A stretch of DNA of 64,000 nt from Phycisphaeraceae bacterium (GTDB lineage Bacteria > Planctomycetota > Phycisphaerae > Phycisphaerales > Phycisphaeraceae), in NCBI GenBank assembly GCA_963674705.1, contig OY771506.1, positions 5,088,001 through 5,152,000 on the forward strand, given 5' to 3'. Below are positions 37,839-48,622 of this stretch, piece by piece (within the stretch, counting starts at the first letter, position 1; every line of letters starts with the position of its first letter). The notes beneath the pieces are model-generated. The model did not search any database and was not told where the DNA came from. It saw only the letters and a program-made list of their open reading frames with translations. A program made the translations under genes and the position numbers.

Positions 37839-40800
37839 TTGATGTCAATATATTCACCAACAAAAATATCCGGTTCACTATTGGCGGCGATGGGCGTGAC
37901 GATCGGCATCACGCCACAGCTATGGGCGCAATCGCTGACCGAGATCGATCAAGAAACGCTTTTCATCAGCCAGACACAAGCAACCGCTGAGCCCGAACTT
38001 GGGACACAGGTCGGGGGTGTGGTCGGCGACCTCACGTTTACCACACCTGCGGGCAGCAGCTTGTCGTTTACTGAATTCACTTCGCTGATCCCGACAACGC
38101 CGGACCTTGCGATCAGTGGTGTCGAGAACCTCAATATCGCGTTGGCCGCCCCGGTCTTCAGCCTCGGGTTCCAGTTCGTCGATCCGACGGACGCGCCTGA
38201 TTCAACCTTCGACATCACGCTCTACTCAGGCGGCGCAGGTGGGACCTTTGTCAACAGCTTCAACTTCGAGTCGCCTAAAGATGTGCTGCACTTCGGTGGA
38301 TTCGTTTCGGATACCGCTTTTGATTATGTCGAGATACGAGAGATCGGTGGCGACTCGGGCAACGAGTACTTTGGCCAGTTCTACACTGGCACGACCGCGG
38401 GTGAGTTCTGGACGGCCGGCACAAGCGGCAACTGGGACACCGGCGCGAACTGGACCGGCAGCACCGCCCCACTTTCTACTGATAACGTCTTCATCACCGA
38501 CAGCGCGACCATGACCATTACCGGCCCCGCTTCGGCGCGAACGGTGAACAGCCTGACCATCGACAACCAGGACCTGACCAACTCTGGCGGTACAGGCACG
38601 ACAACACTGAACCTGTCCACCGGTGCTTTGACCGTTACCAACGGGTTTGTGGTCGGGTCTACAGCCACCGACTCCGGCATATCCATCGTGAATGTCGGTG
38701 CGGGAACACTGAACGTCGGCGGCGACACCACTATCAGAGATGGCGGCACGCTCAATGTCGGCACGGGTACGTTCAATCCTACGGGTGCGGTTAATCTCGA
38801 AGGCGGGACGCTGTCGGTCAACTCAATCGGGTCGCTTACGCCGAACTGGACGAGCGGGACGCTTGAGGTCACCGGCGCGGGCGGGTTGGCTGTTAACCTC
38901 AACGGTTCGCTGGGTGGCAACCCGATCGATATCAGCACGGGCAAGACGCTGAACGTGACTAATCTATTGCAGGTCAACTCAGCGGTGATCTTTGATGTCG
39001 ATGGTGGCAGCGTAAATGCAGGCAACATCACTGCATTCCTCGGCACGTTTAATGCAAACATTGGTCAGGTAAATGTTGACAACACATTCACGAACTTCGG
39101 CACGGTCAATCTTGCTGGCGCGGATGTCACGGTCAATACGTTTGATGCTTCGGCTGTGACACCAAACTTTACCGATGGTTCGTTGACGATTGATGGAGGT
39201 GCTTACATCCCCTTCGCGGGATCACCCGACTTCACACTGGAAAGCGCCACGGGTAACCCAACACTCACGCTGGACAACGGCGCCACATTGGGTGTGACGG
39301 GAACGATTGACGTCGCGCTAAACGCAAATACTGACGCGACACTGAATATCAACAATGGAAGCTCCCTCACGAGCGGTGCTGTGGACATGGGGGGTATTTC
39401 TTTCACCTCCGACGCCATCGCCAACGTGGACGGGGCCGGTTCGAGCTGGGACATCAGCGGGACGCTTGAGATAGGCCACGGCAACACCACCACCCAAGCT
39501 GCGAACACCGGGCGGGATGTGCTCACGGTATCAAATGGCGCAGAACTGAATGTTGACGGTGCGGTGACGCTGTACACCACCGGGCGTATCAACATCGACG
39601 ACGGCGATGTGACGGTGAAGGGCTGGGACCGCTTGGCTGCCAGCCAGTTCGGCTGGTACGGCGGGACACTGACCATTGATACGGGCAACTTCAATTCAGG
39701 CACCAGCAACTTCACACTCGGTCATGCTGATCGCAATGTCTTGAATATGATCAACGGCGCGACACACACTGGGACGAACGTTGACATTACGAATGGTGAA
39801 TGGCATGTGCTGTCCGGGTCCGGCGTCAACCTCACAGGCAGCGCCAGCCTGCAGCTCTATAACAACGGCGCGGGCAGCCCGGCCCTGATGGAGATCGACG
39901 GCGCGGGATCGAGTGTCACGGTCAACGGAATCCTCGATGTCGGCACCACGACCGGTGGTGACGCAACGCTTCACATTACCAACGGCGGCTCTCTGACAAT
40001 CAACAGCAGCGCCTCGATCGCTGAAAGTGACACCACAGTCGGCATCGTCAACGTGGATGGCACGGGCTCGAGCCTGAACGTCAACGCGGGCTTTTTCGTC
40101 GGCAACGAAGGCGCAGCCACGCTCAACATCACCAACGGTGCAAGCGTCAACGTGAATGAACTTACCGTTGCTGACAGCGACACCAACGGTATCAACACCG
40201 GCGTCAGCGTGGTGACCATCAACGGCACGGACGGCGTCACACCGTCGACGTTGAACGTAACCGGTTCCAGTTATATCGGGGGTTCGACCAACGAGAACGG
40301 TGGGGTCGGCGTTTTGAATGTCCAGGCGGGCGCGTTATACGCATCCAACGGCGGCATCATCGGCAGCGGTGATGGTGGTGGCGCTGACGGTACCGGCACC
40401 GTCAACATCACTGGTGCTGATTCGTTCTGGAACTCGGTCGCCAACGGCAACAGCGACATCTACGTCGGCGATGACGGCGCGGGTGCGCTGAATGTCAACA
40501 CCGGCGGGCGTGTTGATGCCGACGCCATGTTCATCGGACGGCTGGCAGGTTCCGAAGCCGCTCAGATGAGTGTTGATGGTAACGACTCGGTGGTGAATGT
40601 GCGTGGCGCTTTTGTGGTTGGCAATCAGCGACCAGGCGCGTTGGAGATAACGAATAACGCAACACTCAATACGAGCACACTCACTAACGCCGAATTCCTT
40701 ATCGGCAACAGCACCGCGTCTGACAATTCGTCCGTCCTGGTGGATAACGCATCTATCGTTCATAACGGCACGGGCCGGGTTGCTGTGGGTGATGACTCCA

Positions 40801-42647
40801 ACGGCGTTGCTTCATCACTGACGATTCAGAACGGCGGCAGCTTCACGGCTTCAAACAGCAACATGCTCGTTGCCGACCAGGCGGGGTCGACCGGCAGCCT
40901 GGTTGTGGATGGTGAAGGATCGACGCTGACCGTCGGCCGAATGCTGATGGGCGACAACGGCTCGGGCACCGCGACGATCAGCAACGGCGGGGACCTTATC
41001 ATCACTGCGCCGGGTTCGCAGATCGGCAACCTGGAGGTTTCTGCTTTCGGTGGCGGTAATGGAACCATGACGGTTACCGATCCGGGGTCCACGGTCAGCG
41101 TCGGCGACTGGCTATCGGTTGGTGATGAAGGCACGGCCAACGGCACACTCAATATTGAAAACGGCGCGACGGTCTCAAGCAACGGTCACTCATATATCGC
41201 ACGCCAGGGTTATCTCACAAGCACCGGTGTGATTACCGTGCAGGACCTGGATACCAACGACGGCTCCTCGGGATCTACATTAAACGTCGGCGCGAATCTT
41301 TACCTGAGTGGCAATGCCAGTGGCGGCGGCGGCGACGCGACGCTCAACGTCAACGCGGGCGGCACCGTGAATGTCACCGGGCAACTCAAACTCTGGGACG
41401 ATGGCAAGGTCAACCTCAACGGCGGCACGATCAATGCTGGCTCGCTCGACTTGTTCGATCCGCTCGAAGCGCCTTTACCGGTGTTCACCTTTAACAGCGG
41501 TACGTTCCGCTTCACCGCGGGCGCGACGCTCAACAGTGAAACGCTGCGTGATCTGCTTGGCGGCGTGGGGACACCGGTTGTCAGTACAGGCCGCAATCTT
41601 GTCGTCACCGATCAGGCGGTGCTAAGCGCCCCGGTTCGGTTGAGCGGCGGGACGCTTAGCGTTGGCTCGGTCTTTAACAACGACACATCCAACCTTGACT
41701 TCGATGCTGGCACATTCAACCTGACCAGCAGCAACCTTGAGGTCACCAGCGGTGGGTTGTTCGGCAGCGTTTTAAGTGTTACGCCCAACCAGGCAATCAA
41801 CATCACCAACCTCGCGCAAGTGAATGCCGACGGCACACTCGTTGTGCAGGGCGGTTTCAGTTCAGGCGGGTTGACCAACCTCGGCACGACCGTCCTGATC
41901 GACACAACAATTGGTGGTCCCGTTAATAACCCAAGCGGCAGCGCCATCGATATCGTCGGCGAGGTGATCTTTACCGGCCTTTATTCGGGTGGCGGCGACA
42001 TCTTCGGATCAGGCACGGCTGACTTTCAAGGCGGCATCAGCCCCGGCGACAGCCCCGCCATCGTTTCGATCGAAGGTTCCATTAATCTCGATGCCGCGAA
42101 CACACTCTTCATCGAACTGGGGGGAACGACGCCGGGTGAATATGACCGGCTCGAACTCGGTGGCTTTGCATCTATTGATGGCACGCTTGATGTCGCACTT
42201 ATCAACGGTTTTGTCCCCTCAGTCGGCGACAGCTTCGGCTTCCTCTTTGCTAATGGCGGATTCGGCGGCAGCTTTGCGACGCTCAGCCTGCCTGATCTTT
42301 CAAGTATGGGACTCGATTGGCAACTCAATCCCGGCGGGTCGACGGTCTTCCTTGAAGTCGTTGCAGCGCTGCAAGGTGACTTGAATGGCGACGGCTTCGT
42401 CGGGCTGGATGATCTTGACATCGTGCTGGGCAACTGGAATCAGAGTGTCCCGCCGGCCAATCCACTTGCCGATCCATCGGGCGATGGTTTTGTCGGACTG
42501 GATGACCTGGACATTGTGCTGACTAACTGGAACAACGGTACGCCGCCGAGCGGCGTTGCTGTAACCGTTGTCCCAGAACCAGCCGGCCTGGTGGTGATCA
42601 GTGCGTTATCCATGCTCTGTCTAGCAAAATACCGGTCTCGCAGGTAA
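37839..42647 (+). CDS. Large PEP-CTERM surface protein with T5SS/autotransporter-passenger-like G/T/N repeats and paired dockerin-like module
   Basis: Signal peptide; many VG..G.G.L.I.NGG repeats; SPGDSP; GDLNGDGFVGLDDLDIVLGNWN x2; VVPEPAGLVV..KYRSRR. Confidence 0.88.
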   Translation: MMSIYSPTKISGSLLAAMGVTIGITPQLWAQSLTEIDQETLFISQTQATAEPELGTQVGGVVGDLTFTTPAGSSLSFTEFTSLIPTTPDLAISGVENLNIALAAPVFSLGFQFVDPTDAPDSTFDITLYSGGAGGTFVNSFNFESPKDVLHFGGFVSDTAFDYVEIREIGGDSGNEYFGQFYTGTTAGEFWTAGTSGNWDTGANWTGSTAPLSTDNVFITDSATMTITGPASARTVNSLTIDNQDLTNSGGTGTTTLNLSTGALTVTNGFVVGSTATDSGISIVNVGAGTLNVGGDTTIRDGGTLNVGTGTFNPTGAVNLEGGTLSVNSIGSLTPNWTSGTLEVTGAGGLAVNLNGSLGGNPIDISTGKTLNVTNLLQVNSAVIFDVDGGSVNAGNITAFLGTFNANIGQVNVDNTFTNFGTVNLAGADVTVNTFDASAVTPNFTDGSLTIDGGAYIPFAGSPDFTLESATGNPTLTLDNGATLGVTGTIDVALNANTDATLNINNGSSLTSGAVDMGGISFTSDAIANVDGAGSSWDISGTLEIGHGNTTTQAANTGRDVLTVSNGAELNVDGAVTLYTTGRINIDDGDVTVKGWDRLAASQFGWYGGTLTIDTGNFNSGTSNFTLGHADRNVLNMINGATHTGTNVDITNGEWHVLSGSGVNLTGSASLQLYNNGAGSPALMEIDGAGSSVTVNGILDVGTTTGGDATLHITNGGSLTINSSASIAESDTTVGIVNVDGTGSSLNVNAGFFVGNEGAATLNITNGASVNVNELTVADSDTNGINTGVSVVTINGTDGVTPSTLNVTGSSYIGGSTNENGGVGVLNVQAGALYASNGGIIGSGDGGGADGTGTVNITGADSFWNSVANGNSDIYVGDDGAGALNVNTGGRVDADAMFIGRLAGSEAAQMSVDGNDSVVNVRGAFVVGNQRPGALEITNNATLNTSTLTNAEFLIGNSTASDNSSVLVDNASIVHNGTGRVAVGDDSNGVASSLTIQNGGSFTASNSNMLVADQAGSTGSLVVDGEGSTLTVGRMLMGDNGSGTATISNGGDLIITAPGSQIGNLEVSAFGGGNGTMTVTDPGSTVSVGDWLSVGDEGTANGTLNIENGATVSSNGHSYIARQGYLTSTGVITVQDLDTNDGSSGSTLNVGANLYLSGNASGGGGDATLNVNAGGTVNVTGQLKLWDDGKVNLNGGTINAGSLDLFDPLEAPLPVFTFNSGTFRFTAGATLNSETLRDLLGGVGTPVVSTGRNLVVTDQAVLSAPVRLSGGTLSVGSVFNNDTSNLDFDAGTFNLTSSNLEVTSGGLFGSVLSVTPNQAINITNLAQVNADGTLVVQGGFSSGGLTNLGTTVLIDTTIGGPVNNPSGSAIDIVGEVIFTGLYSGGGDIFGSGTADFQGGISPGDSPAIVSIEGSINLDAANTLFIELGGTTPGEYDRLELGGFASIDGTLDVALINGFVPSVGDSFGFLFANGGFGGSFATLSLPDLSSMGLDWQLNPGGSTVFLEVVAALQGDLNGDGFVGLDDLDIVLGNWNQSVPPANPLADPSGDGFVGLDDLDIVLTNWNNGTPPSGVAVTVVPEPAGLVVISALSMLCLAKYRSRR

Positions 42648-42851
42648 CCCACATTCGGTTCAATATGCGATAAACGCCGGGGCCCGCAGGCATTTGCTGG
42701 GCGGCGAGGATGTTTCTATGGACTGGTCCTGGGTCGAGAGTTATAATTAGTCCTTGTTGGCGGGCGGGTTAACTATTCGCACTTTGTTTGGTTTTTCAGG
42801 GTTTCACTTCAATAAGACAGTCTGGTGTGTCCGTAAACGGAGATACATCAA

Positions 42852-45572
42852 ATGTCACCAATTCGCTCCCAACCGTTCACGCGGATCGGCTGTGCCATAC
42901 TTGCCTTGACAGTAGCCAACAGCGTATCTGCTCAAAGTGCATACTTCTCATGTCAAGGCGTACTGAACGCGCCCGGTGATAAGCACGATTTGTACTTCGA
43001 CCTGTCACGTGAGGTCGGCAGTTCAGAGAACCTGGCTTTCCTGACATTCACCTACGCGGGAGGTATCAACGCTGCGGGTGATGCTATACCCACCAGCGGT
43101 TTTGATGCTGCGCTAGGGTTATATGACTGTTTTAACGCGCTGCGTGGGCGGGATGATTCTTCCGGGCCGGGCCTGGACTGCTTGCTCTCCTGGGCGAGTG
43201 TTCAACCCGAGGGCATTCCGCTGAATCCCGATCCGTTGCCGGTTGATCATTATCGCCTGAACATCAAACAGTACAACGACCTGCACACCGGGCCTTGGGC
43301 AGTGGATCTGATCGGTCCGGCCGACGCGATCAAATTAACCGGTGCGATCCCCATCGAGACCAGTACGCTGGACTCGCTGAAGTTCGGCACGACCGGGAGC
43401 GGCGATACATCCGCGTTAGTAGAGTTTCATACCGAAACAAATGTGACCGGAGAGTTGTGCGTCGCAAACACAGGCAAAGGCAGTCTAACCGTGGGGACAA
43501 GTGGGATGTTATATGCCGGTGAACTCGAGATCGGCAAACAGATCGGTTCGATCGGATCGATGACGGTCAATTCCGCCAACTGTTACATCAGTACTTACAC
43601 AACGATCGGGGATCAGGGCCAAGGCACACTAAATATCCAGGATTACGGCGCCGTCAATTCCATGAGCCAGACAACGGTCGGGTTGAACAGCAACGCGGTG
43701 GGCGTCGTGAATGTGTCGGGCTGGCATGCGATATGGGACATCGATGACAGCCTCTACCTGGGCTACCTCGGTCAAGGCACGCTTAATATTAATAGCGGCG
43801 GCGAGGTGTTAACAGAGAACGGCTTCGTCGGGCTCGTTAATGCCGGGCATCTCAACGTCTGTGGCGAAGATAGCGCTTTGCACAGCACGGGCTCGCTGGT
43901 CGTGGGTTATTTTGACGGTGACAGCACGATGCGGATTGAAAACGGTGGGTTTGTATCCAATGACCATGCGTATCTCGCGTATGAACCCGACGCCTCCGGT
44001 ATCGTTACAGTGACCGGCGAAGACTCACACTGGTTTTGTGGTAACGATCTAAATATCGGCGGCGGTGGCAGCACAGCGGGCGGTGATGGCGAGTTGATTC
44101 TTCAGGACTTCGGGCTGGTATCGGTTGTAGGTTCGCTTCGTTTGTGGCCGAACGGAACGGTGAACCTCGATGGTGGAAGACTGAGACTGTATGAGTCGAT
44201 CGACGACCGGGGCGGGCAGTTTATCTACAGCCGAGGCGCCATCGAGACATACGACCCCGATCTTACACTTTATGTCGATCCTGCTGGTCTGCGGCTAGGG
44301 AATAAGACTATCAGCACATCCACGCTATTGACATATGACCATGACCTGAACCTTTCAGGCAAGATCGTGGTGAATTCAGGGGCGGTGCTCGAATCGACCG
44401 GCGGTTTTGTTATCACGAATGGTTTGACTGTAGCGACCGGCGCGGCCGTGCATGTGTCCGGGGGATTCATGCAGGCCAACAAGCTGACCATGGCGACCGG
44501 TTCGTCGTTGTCGTGTGTGAGCGATCTGTTATATGTCCCGGGACCGGTTCAATTGGCGATCGGTTCGGAACTGGATTTCACGGGCGGAGCTATGACGCTT
44601 GGGCATCCTTCGGCGGTCAACGGTGTGGTCATCGCAGGCACCGTGCGTATTCATAGCGGTACATTGCAGCTCTACGACGCCAATGATACCGTCCTGGACA
44701 GCGGCGCGTGGATCACGCTGGGTGAATCCGGCACACCCGCCACGATCGAGGCGGGCAATGGCTTGACCCTTGACTTCGGCGGCAACATCACCGGCTACGG
44801 CAGCATCGACACGCCCGATGATCCTTCCCGGCCGACCACTATCAACGGCCACATCACTGGTAACAGTGTGCTACAGCCCATCACACTCAACGGCTACATC
44901 AAGGGCGTCGGTACACTTGATAATGTCGTCATCACCGGGACGGATGCGCCTGGGTTCAGCACCACGACTGTATACCGAGGCAGTGTCGAATATGCCGGCA
45001 CACTCCTGATTGAAGTCGGTGGCACCACCATCGGTAGTTATGACCGTATCGAGCATTCGGGCATAGCAACGTTGGGTGGCACGCTCGAAGTGCAACTGAT
45101 CAACGGCTACACACCTGCTTTGGGCGATTCCATTGGTTTTCTGTTCGCCAACGGTGGTTACGGCGGATCATTCACTGACACACTCTTGCCTGATCTCTCC
45201 GGAATGGGGCTGGGTTGGCTACTCAATCCCGGCGGATCGACGGTCTTCCTTGAGGTCATCGCAGCCTTAGAAGGTGACTTGAATGGAGACGGCTTTGTCG
45301 GCTTGGATGATCTTGACATCGTGTTGATCAATTGGAATCAGAACGTCCCGCCGGCCGATACGCGTGCTGATCCAAGCGGCGATGGTTACGTCGGGCTGGA
45401 CGATCTGGATATCGTGCTTGGCAACTGGAATGCGGGTACACCGCCGTGTGTACAAACCCTCGCCCCGTTTCCGGAGCCATATGTAGTTGTGCTGTGGCTT
45501 ATTGGTGTTTGTTGTCTGCCTTGCAGGCGTTATCACGCAACCAACAAACAAATCCTGATCGCGAAAGTGTAA
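42852..45572 (+). CDS. Surface protein: DVUA0089-like N-domain, passenger-like repeats, dockerin-like module, degenerate PEP-CTERM
   Basis: TFTYAGGINAAG..GFD; dockerin-like x2; PFPEPYVVVLWLIGVCCLPCRR. Confidence 0.82.
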   Translation: MSPIRSQPFTRIGCAILALTVANSVSAQSAYFSCQGVLNAPGDKHDLYFDLSREVGSSENLAFLTFTYAGGINAAGDAIPTSGFDAALGLYDCFNALRGRDDSSGPGLDCLLSWASVQPEGIPLNPDPLPVDHYRLNIKQYNDLHTGPWAVDLIGPADAIKLTGAIPIETSTLDSLKFGTTGSGDTSALVEFHTETNVTGELCVANTGKGSLTVGTSGMLYAGELEIGKQIGSIGSMTVNSANCYISTYTTIGDQGQGTLNIQDYGAVNSMSQTTVGLNSNAVGVVNVSGWHAIWDIDDSLYLGYLGQGTLNINSGGEVLTENGFVGLVNAGHLNVCGEDSALHSTGSLVVGYFDGDSTMRIENGGFVSNDHAYLAYEPDASGIVTVTGEDSHWFCGNDLNIGGGGSTAGGDGELILQDFGLVSVVGSLRLWPNGTVNLDGGRLRLYESIDDRGGQFIYSRGAIETYDPDLTLYVDPAGLRLGNKTISTSTLLTYDHDLNLSGKIVVNSGAVLESTGGFVITNGLTVATGAAVHVSGGFMQANKLTMATGSSLSCVSDLLYVPGPVQLAIGSELDFTGGAMTLGHPSAVNGVVIAGTVRIHSGTLQLYDANDTVLDSGAWITLGESGTPATIEAGNGLTLDFGGNITGYGSIDTPDDPSRPTTINGHITGNSVLQPITLNGYIKGVGTLDNVVITGTDAPGFSTTTVYRGSVEYAGTLLIEVGGTTIGSYDRIEHSGIATLGGTLEVQLINGYTPALGDSIGFLFANGGYGGSFTDTLLPDLSGMGLGWLLNPGGSTVFLEVIAALEGDLNGDGFVGLDDLDIVLINWNQNVPPADTRADPSGDGYVGLDDLDIVLGNWNAGTPPCVQTLAPFPEPYVVVLWLIGVCCLPCRRYHATNKQILIAKV

Positions 45573-45630
45573 GCATCGCGCTTTAGCTATACCCACTACC
45601 CACATCCACAACGACTCAAGGAGAAATGCG

Positions 45631-48312
45631 ATGAAACACATCCCGAGGAAGAGATGTTGTATGGCGCAAGCTTTTTTAGTCACATTCTTCTGTTCAACGA
45701 TGTCCCATGCCACGACATATACCTGGGACAATACTACCGGGAACAATTCTTTCCAGACATCTCTCAACTGGTTACCGACAGGCGTGCCCGGGACGGGCGA
45801 CACGGCGTGGTTTAACACCAATCTGGCCGATGACGCCGTCGATGTGGCTGATGGCACGGCTATCGACGCGATGCAAGTGAACAACTCAGCGATCGTTGAC
45901 CTGACCATCGGAGACGGCACGACCGCCAGCCGGTTCGATCTGGATCAGGCTGCCGGTGACTCGCTTATCATCGGCTCTTATCCGGTCGACACGGCGGAAC
46001 TCAACCTCAAAGGCGGGTGGCTGGACACCTACAGGACAAGGCTCGGTGGCCGTGCCATCTTCAATGTTGTCGGATCGTCTGTATGGGATTCGACATCGGT
46101 CTTGATCAATGGCGAAACCGTTTCCGACACGGCCGGTATTGGCGTCGGCCAGTCAGCCCAGGTTTACAGCAGCGGTTATAACGTCGACGTAGGCAGCAGT
46201 ACGGGCAGCGGACGAGTCGCAGTGGACGGCACACCGGAATTTTTTTTAGGGCCCGCTGCCAGATGGGGTGGTATCGGCACGCTCGATATCGGTCCAGACG
46301 TGATCAGCGGTTTTAACTTCGGCTGGGTCCGGTTATATCACGGTGGGCAGATGAGCGCAATTGACGCCGGTATCCACGGCACGACCGATGTGTCAAGCTA
46401 CATCCTGGTCGAGTCTGGCGGCAATCTGGAAGTCGTCAATGAACTTAACATCGGGCCCTATAGCCGACTCGATCTGGATGACACATACAGCCGTGTTTCG
46501 GTCGGTGTATTTACCAAAAGCGGCGGCATGTTTGACTGGACGGGCGGAACGTTGGAGATCACCGGGGAGGCTGTCACCATCGACAATCTCAATGGCCACA
46601 GTGTGATCGGCAGCAATCTGAACATTGGTACAAGTAAAGTGCTTAATCTGACATATGTCGATGGTTCCGGCCAGACGATGCTGGTGGGTAACCAGGGCAG
46701 CGGCGTTGTGACGATTGAAAACGGCGGCCAGTTGACGCAGGCCGGTCGCGCGACTCTCGGCTGGCAAGGTTCAGGCAACGGAACCGTGACGGTGCAAGGC
46801 ACGGGTTCGCACTGGCAAGTGAACGATATCCGCCTGAGCCAACTCGGTCCCAGCAGCGGGACATTGAATATTCTCGATGGAGGTCGAGTCACGACGGTCG
46901 CCGATGTGTTATTGGCCGGATTCGATGCCACGGCATACGGCGAGGTGTTTATGATGGGTGAAGATTCATTATTTGAAGTGGGTGGTAATCTTTCGATCGG
47001 CGGTCAGGCGTATGTTGCCGGCGGCACCGGTGAAGTCTACGTCGGTGATGGTAGCCGGATCGAGGTGGCGAAGACGCTGAAAGTCTGGGGCGACGGTACT
47101 TTTTTGATATGCGGCTCGGGTTCCGTGGTTGCGGACCGGATCGAGCTGGCGCCGGGCGCCGTGTTCGGCTTTCTTACACCCTTACCAGACGTGCACACAA
47201 ACCGACTGATCGGCTTCGGGGACAATGTCAATTTTGACGGGGCCCTATTTCTGGGTCACTCCGCTGGAGCCAGCGACGCCAGCCACAGCGTCGGGGCGGG
47301 GCAGACATTCATGATGCCGGACAATTGGCTGTACGTTGGCGAGGACAAGCCCGCAACCTTTACGATTGAAAACGGCGGATATGTGAAAAGCCTCGGCGGC
47401 GCTATTGGTAAGGAACCAGGCACGAACGGCAGCACCGTTACGGTCAGGGGCTCATGGCGCACCATATATGGCATCGAGGTGGGACAATACCCACAGGGTG
47501 GCGACAGCGCTACGCTCCTGATTGAAAACCAGGGATTCGTGTACACTTCTGGGATAGCCAACATCTGGCCGGATTCGAACATCACCCTGGATAATGCAAC
47601 TCTGAAAGCTACGGTTGTCGATGTGGAAGGAGGCGTCTTGCAGGGCACAGGAAGTGTGATACTTGAAGGTGTCATCGGCAACGAACTGAACAATGAAGGC
47701 GACGTGATCCCGGGCCTATCGATTGGGAAAATCGACGTATCAGGTATATATAACCAGCTACCCGCTGGCGCATTACATATCGAGATCGGTGGTGGAGGAG
47801 GCGTGCCGGGGAACGATTATGATCAGTTGAATATCACTGGGCCGGCCAACTTGGCGGGCAGATTGTTGTTGTCATCGTTCGGTCCCTACATCCCCGCGGA
47901 AGACACGACGTTCCGAGTGCTGGCTACGACATCAGGTGTGTCCGGTCACTTTGATCATGTGAGCTTCCCATACCTCGGGATCATGGGTCTTGGTTTGGAT
48001 TACTCAGATCCGAACGGTGTCTGGGTCCACGCCAATCTGAGTGGCGATCTCAATGGTGACGGATTCGTTGGGCTGGACGATCTGGATATTGTGCTAACCC
48101 GATGGAATATGGTTGCAGTAGCAGGTGTCTGGGGTCAGGGTGATCCGAGCGGCGACGGCTTCGTCGGCCTGGCCGACCTCGACATTATCCTGACCAACTG
48201 GAACAACGGCACACCACCGAGCGGCGCTACGGCCACCATCCCTGAACCAACAGCCATGGGCGTATTCGTCAGCGGGCTGGCTTTATTTATCACCCAGCGA
48301 AGAAGTCGCTGA
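45631..48312 (+). CDS. PEP-CTERM surface protein with passenger-like repeats and dockerin-like module
   Basis: AAGGAG SD; NWLPTGVPGTGD; dockerin-like x2; TIPEPTAM..QRRSR. Confidence 0.85.
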   Translation: MKHIPRKRCCMAQAFLVTFFCSTMSHATTYTWDNTTGNNSFQTSLNWLPTGVPGTGDTAWFNTNLADDAVDVADGTAIDAMQVNNSAIVDLTIGDGTTASRFDLDQAAGDSLIIGSYPVDTAELNLKGGWLDTYRTRLGGRAIFNVVGSSVWDSTSVLINGETVSDTAGIGVGQSAQVYSSGYNVDVGSSTGSGRVAVDGTPEFFLGPAARWGGIGTLDIGPDVISGFNFGWVRLYHGGQMSAIDAGIHGTTDVSSYILVESGGNLEVVNELNIGPYSRLDLDDTYSRVSVGVFTKSGGMFDWTGGTLEITGEAVTIDNLNGHSVIGSNLNIGTSKVLNLTYVDGSGQTMLVGNQGSGVVTIENGGQLTQAGRATLGWQGSGNGTVTVQGTGSHWQVNDIRLSQLGPSSGTLNILDGGRVTTVADVLLAGFDATAYGEVFMMGEDSLFEVGGNLSIGGQAYVAGGTGEVYVGDGSRIEVAKTLKVWGDGTFLICGSGSVVADRIELAPGAVFGFLTPLPDVHTNRLIGFGDNVNFDGALFLGHSAGASDASHSVGAGQTFMMPDNWLYVGEDKPATFTIENGGYVKSLGGAIGKEPGTNGSTVTVRGSWRTIYGIEVGQYPQGGDSATLLIENQGFVYTSGIANIWPDSNITLDNATLKATVVDVEGGVLQGTGSVILEGVIGNELNNEGDVIPGLSIGKIDVSGIYNQLPAGALHIEIGGGGGVPGNDYDQLNITGPANLAGRLLLSSFGPYIPAEDTTFRVLATTSGVSGHFDHVSFPYLGIMGLGLDYSDPNGVWVHANLSGDLNGDGFVGLDDLDIVLTRWNMVAVAGVWGQGDPSGDGFVGLADLDIILTNWNNGTPPSGATATIPEPTAMGVFVSGLALFITQRRSR

Positions 48313-48622
48313 TATCTGCAACATAAGTCATTTTATTCTTGTTATATACCTCCCCCCCGTCTAAACTGGCGGTTTGGTTTCGTTGTTATTGAATAATCGT
48401 ATGGGCGGCGGCTGACGGAGGATCAGCGAGAGGGCCTGCGATGAGGGGTGGTAACACGTCGCCGGACGGGGAGTGGTTTGGTTCACAAACCTCGATATTT
48501 GGCTACACACCGCGTTGATCGGTGCGGGCTGTCGCTGCGCAACATATCTGTTCGACACGCAGACTTCAAATCGAATCTTCTTATTAGAACACTTCACTGT
48601 TCAGTCACCAAGGAGCTTAATC

